NCBI RefSeq assembly: GCF_030684315.1
Contig: NC_081387.1
Location: 26,530,647-26,594,646 of the forward strand
Length of the DNA stretch: 64,000 bases
Reading direction: 5' to 3'
DNA from: Stegostoma tigrinum
Lineage: Eukaryota
How positions within the stretch are numbered: the stretch's first letter is position 1; the number at the start of each line of letters is the position of its first letter. A program made the translations under genes and the position numbers. This document shows, piece after piece, positions 61,260 through 64,000 of this stretch. The notes under the pieces are model-generated. The model did not search any database. It saw only the letters and a list, made by a program, of their open reading frames with translations, and was not told the DNA's origin.

Positions 61260-62850
61260 CTGAAAACAAGAAGTGCAGGGGAAACTAATGGGGATGAAGA
61301 CCTATAGGCCCCCTGGGCTGATAGCATGCATCCTCGATATTAAGGGAAATAGGAACACAGATGGCTGACAGTAATCTTCCAGATATCCTTAAATCCTGGA
61401 AAATCCCACCGTATTGGAAAATTGACAATGTAACAGATTTACCTGAAAAATGAAGAAGATTGAACAAATGTAATTCCCAGCCAGTTAGGTTAATACATGT
61501 TCTTGGGGAAATGTCCAAATCTATTGCAAATGATGCAATACAAGAGCTTTTAATATTATGAAGCAGAGTCAAGAAGGTGGAAACATGCCAGACAAATTTA
61601 CTTAAAATCTTTGAGAAGGTAATAAGCAGGATTGATGAAGGGAAAGTTGTGGATGTAATTTACTTGGAATTTCAGAAGGCATTAGACAAGATGCTACATA
61701 TTAAGCTTTGGAAGAAGATAAGAGGCCATGGGGTAGGAGATAGTTTATAAAAATGGAGAGATGATTGTTTAACTAATAAAAGAATGAGAATTGGGATGAA
61801 TGTGACTTTTTCAGGATAGCTAATAATTACTAGTGAGCCAAAAGGATCAGTACTGCGGCCACAATTATTCACAAAATATATGAATGACTTAGTTCAGAAC
61901 AGTGAATGCGAAGATTGCAGAAAATAGGTGGGACAGTGAGGATGAAATAAAGAATCTGCAGAGGAATATAATCAGGTTAAGTGAGTGGGAAAAATCTTGG
62001 CAGATGAAACACAATATAGCAAACTGAGGTGATTGAATTTGGCAGGAAGAATAGAGATGGGTGTTATTTAAATGGAGAAAAACTGTAGGTAGCTATGGAA
62101 CTCAGGGATTTTGGAGTACTCATCCAGGAATCACAAGAAAAGAGCATCCAAGTTTAGAAGATTATAGGGAAAGTGAGATTGAATGTTGGTCTTTATTTCA
62201 AAGGGAATGGAATGTAGAAGTAGGAAGCTGTTAAAACTGTTGTTTGTTGGAAGCAGTTGTTAAAACTGTACAAGGCACTAGTCACACCACAGGTGGAATA
62301 TACTGTGAACAGTTTCGGTGCCATAGGAAGAGAACAATATATTGGCATTGGAGGCAGTCCAGAGAAGGTTCACTATGGTTATTTCAGGGATGGAGAGATT
62401 ATGCTATGAGGCATGGTTGAATAAACTGGGCCTATACTTGTTGGAATATTGAAGAATGTGACACGCCATTTTTGAAACATGCAAAATTCCTTGTGGACTT
62501 ACTAGGGGAGATATGGAGACATTGTTTCCCATTGTGAGAGAGTTGAATGACCACAGGGTATATTCTCAGACAAGGGGTTACGCATTTAAAACAGAGATGT
62601 GGATGAACTTCTTCTCTCAGAAGGTAGTGAATCTATGGGATTCTTTACTGCAGAGGGCTGTTGAGGATGGGTTGTTAAGTATATTCTAGTCTCAGGCAGA
62701 CATTTTTTTTTAATCAGGAAGTGAATCAAGAGTTAGAGGGAAAAGGCAGGGAAGTGGAGTTAAGGATTACCAGCTCAGCCACGATCTCATTGAATAATGG
62801 AGCAGACTTGATGGTCTGAATGGCCTCCTGCAGCTCATCAATCTTAAATC
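61260..62850 (+). mobile_element. Decayed CR1 LINE
   Basis: VDVIYLEFQKALDKM-like RT remnant through to the CR1 3' tail. Confidence 0.75.
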
Positions 62851-63489
62851 TTAACCTTGTGCCAAACCCCCTCAGTTTAAATGAAACACACACTGTTTAT
62901 TCTCTCCACAGATCTTTGTAGATCTATCAAGTATTTCCTGTTCTGTTTTTGTTTTTATTTCAGATTTACACAAACCTTGACATTTTTCTTTGCAAAAGTA
63001 GTGACTTCATTGTAAATAATAAATACACTCATTTTTTTCTTCAATATTGACTGGAAATTATTGGTCATGTCCAAATACTTCCATCTGGTCCATGGGAACA
63101 CATAACAGTCAATATGGGGACACACGTCAAGGTGGTAATTCAATGTGCTACACAACAGTCACATCTCCATCTTAACGTTCTCCCCACTTACAGAAAGGAT
63201 TCTCATCTGAAGTGGGGGTAATGTCTCCTCAGGGTTATTGCAAAGATAGACTTTGCTGAACGTGCAGGAAATGGATTGTCATCTCCACAGTGAGCACCAG
63301 CTGACTCCACCCCCTCACTACTCCTCCCTCCCCAATGCGCAGACAAAGCTTCATTCCCAGATTCCCTGTCCTGACCTTGGTCACAGTCATGAGGGTGACA
63401 CACAGCAGGGAGATGTACCAGGGAATAAGGATTGGAGAGGAGGAAAGGTTCAGCTGGGAAGGGTGAGGTTTTCACAACATAAATTTCGT

Positions 63490-64000
63490 GAAGTTTGACG
63501 TTTACATAAATGATTTTGATGTGATTACAGGAGGCATGGTTAGCAAGTTTGCGGAAGACACCAAAATTAGAGGTGTAGTAGACAGCGAGGAAGATTACCT
63601 CAAAGTACAATGGGACTTGATCAGATGGGCTGAAGAGTGGCAGATAGAGCTTAATTTAGATAAATGTGAGGTGCTGCATTTTGGAAAGGCAAATCAAGGT
63701 GGGACCTACACACTTAATGGTAAGGTTCTGGAGAGTGGTGCCAAACAATTAGAAACCTTAGAGTGCAGGTTCGTAGTTCCTTGAAAGCACAGTCACAAGT
63801 AAATAGGATAGGGAAGAATGTGTTTGGTATGCTTGCCTTTATTTGTCATTGCATTAAGTATAGAAGTCGATGTCATGTTGCGACAGGACAGGACATTGGT
63901 TAGGCCACTTTTGGACTACTGTGTGCAAATCTGGTCTTCCTGCTATAGGAAGGATGTTGTGAAACTTGAAAGGTTCAGAAAAGATTTACAAGGATGTTGC
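63490..64000 (+). mobile_element. CR1 LINE fragment running off the window
   Basis: YINDFDV...SKFAEDTKI...WAEEWQIELNLDKCEVLHFG. Confidence 0.8.

Overview
Vertebrate genomic DNA, most likely from a shark or other elasmobranch (inferred from an HE1-type SINE and typical CR1/Penelope/Tx1/Rex repeats). The core is a tandem cluster of three intronless, heat-inducible-type HSP70 genes on the + strand (ATG at 20561, 33181 and 44532; 643 aa each) with HSE/CCAAT/TATA-like promoters. On the left lies the 5' half of a TRIM gene on the - strand (RING, B-box2 and coiled-coil exons, CpG-island promoter); on the right lies an intact PRY-SPRY (B30.2) terminal exon of a second - strand gene. This mix resembles an MHC-type neighbourhood. 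HSP70 copies 2 and 3 sit in an old ~11-12 kb tandem duplication: the flanks have diverged, but promoter and CDS are nearly identical and mosaic, which points to gene conversion. Copy 2 has lost the C-terminal EEVD (now EVVD). Most remaining sequence is retroelement debris. The most striking non-genic signal is a set of Penelope-like fold-back insertions with target-site duplications and an asymmetric ~35-nt tail, several carrying minimal hammerhead-ribozyme motifs. Identities were judged by eye and repeat boundaries are approximate.
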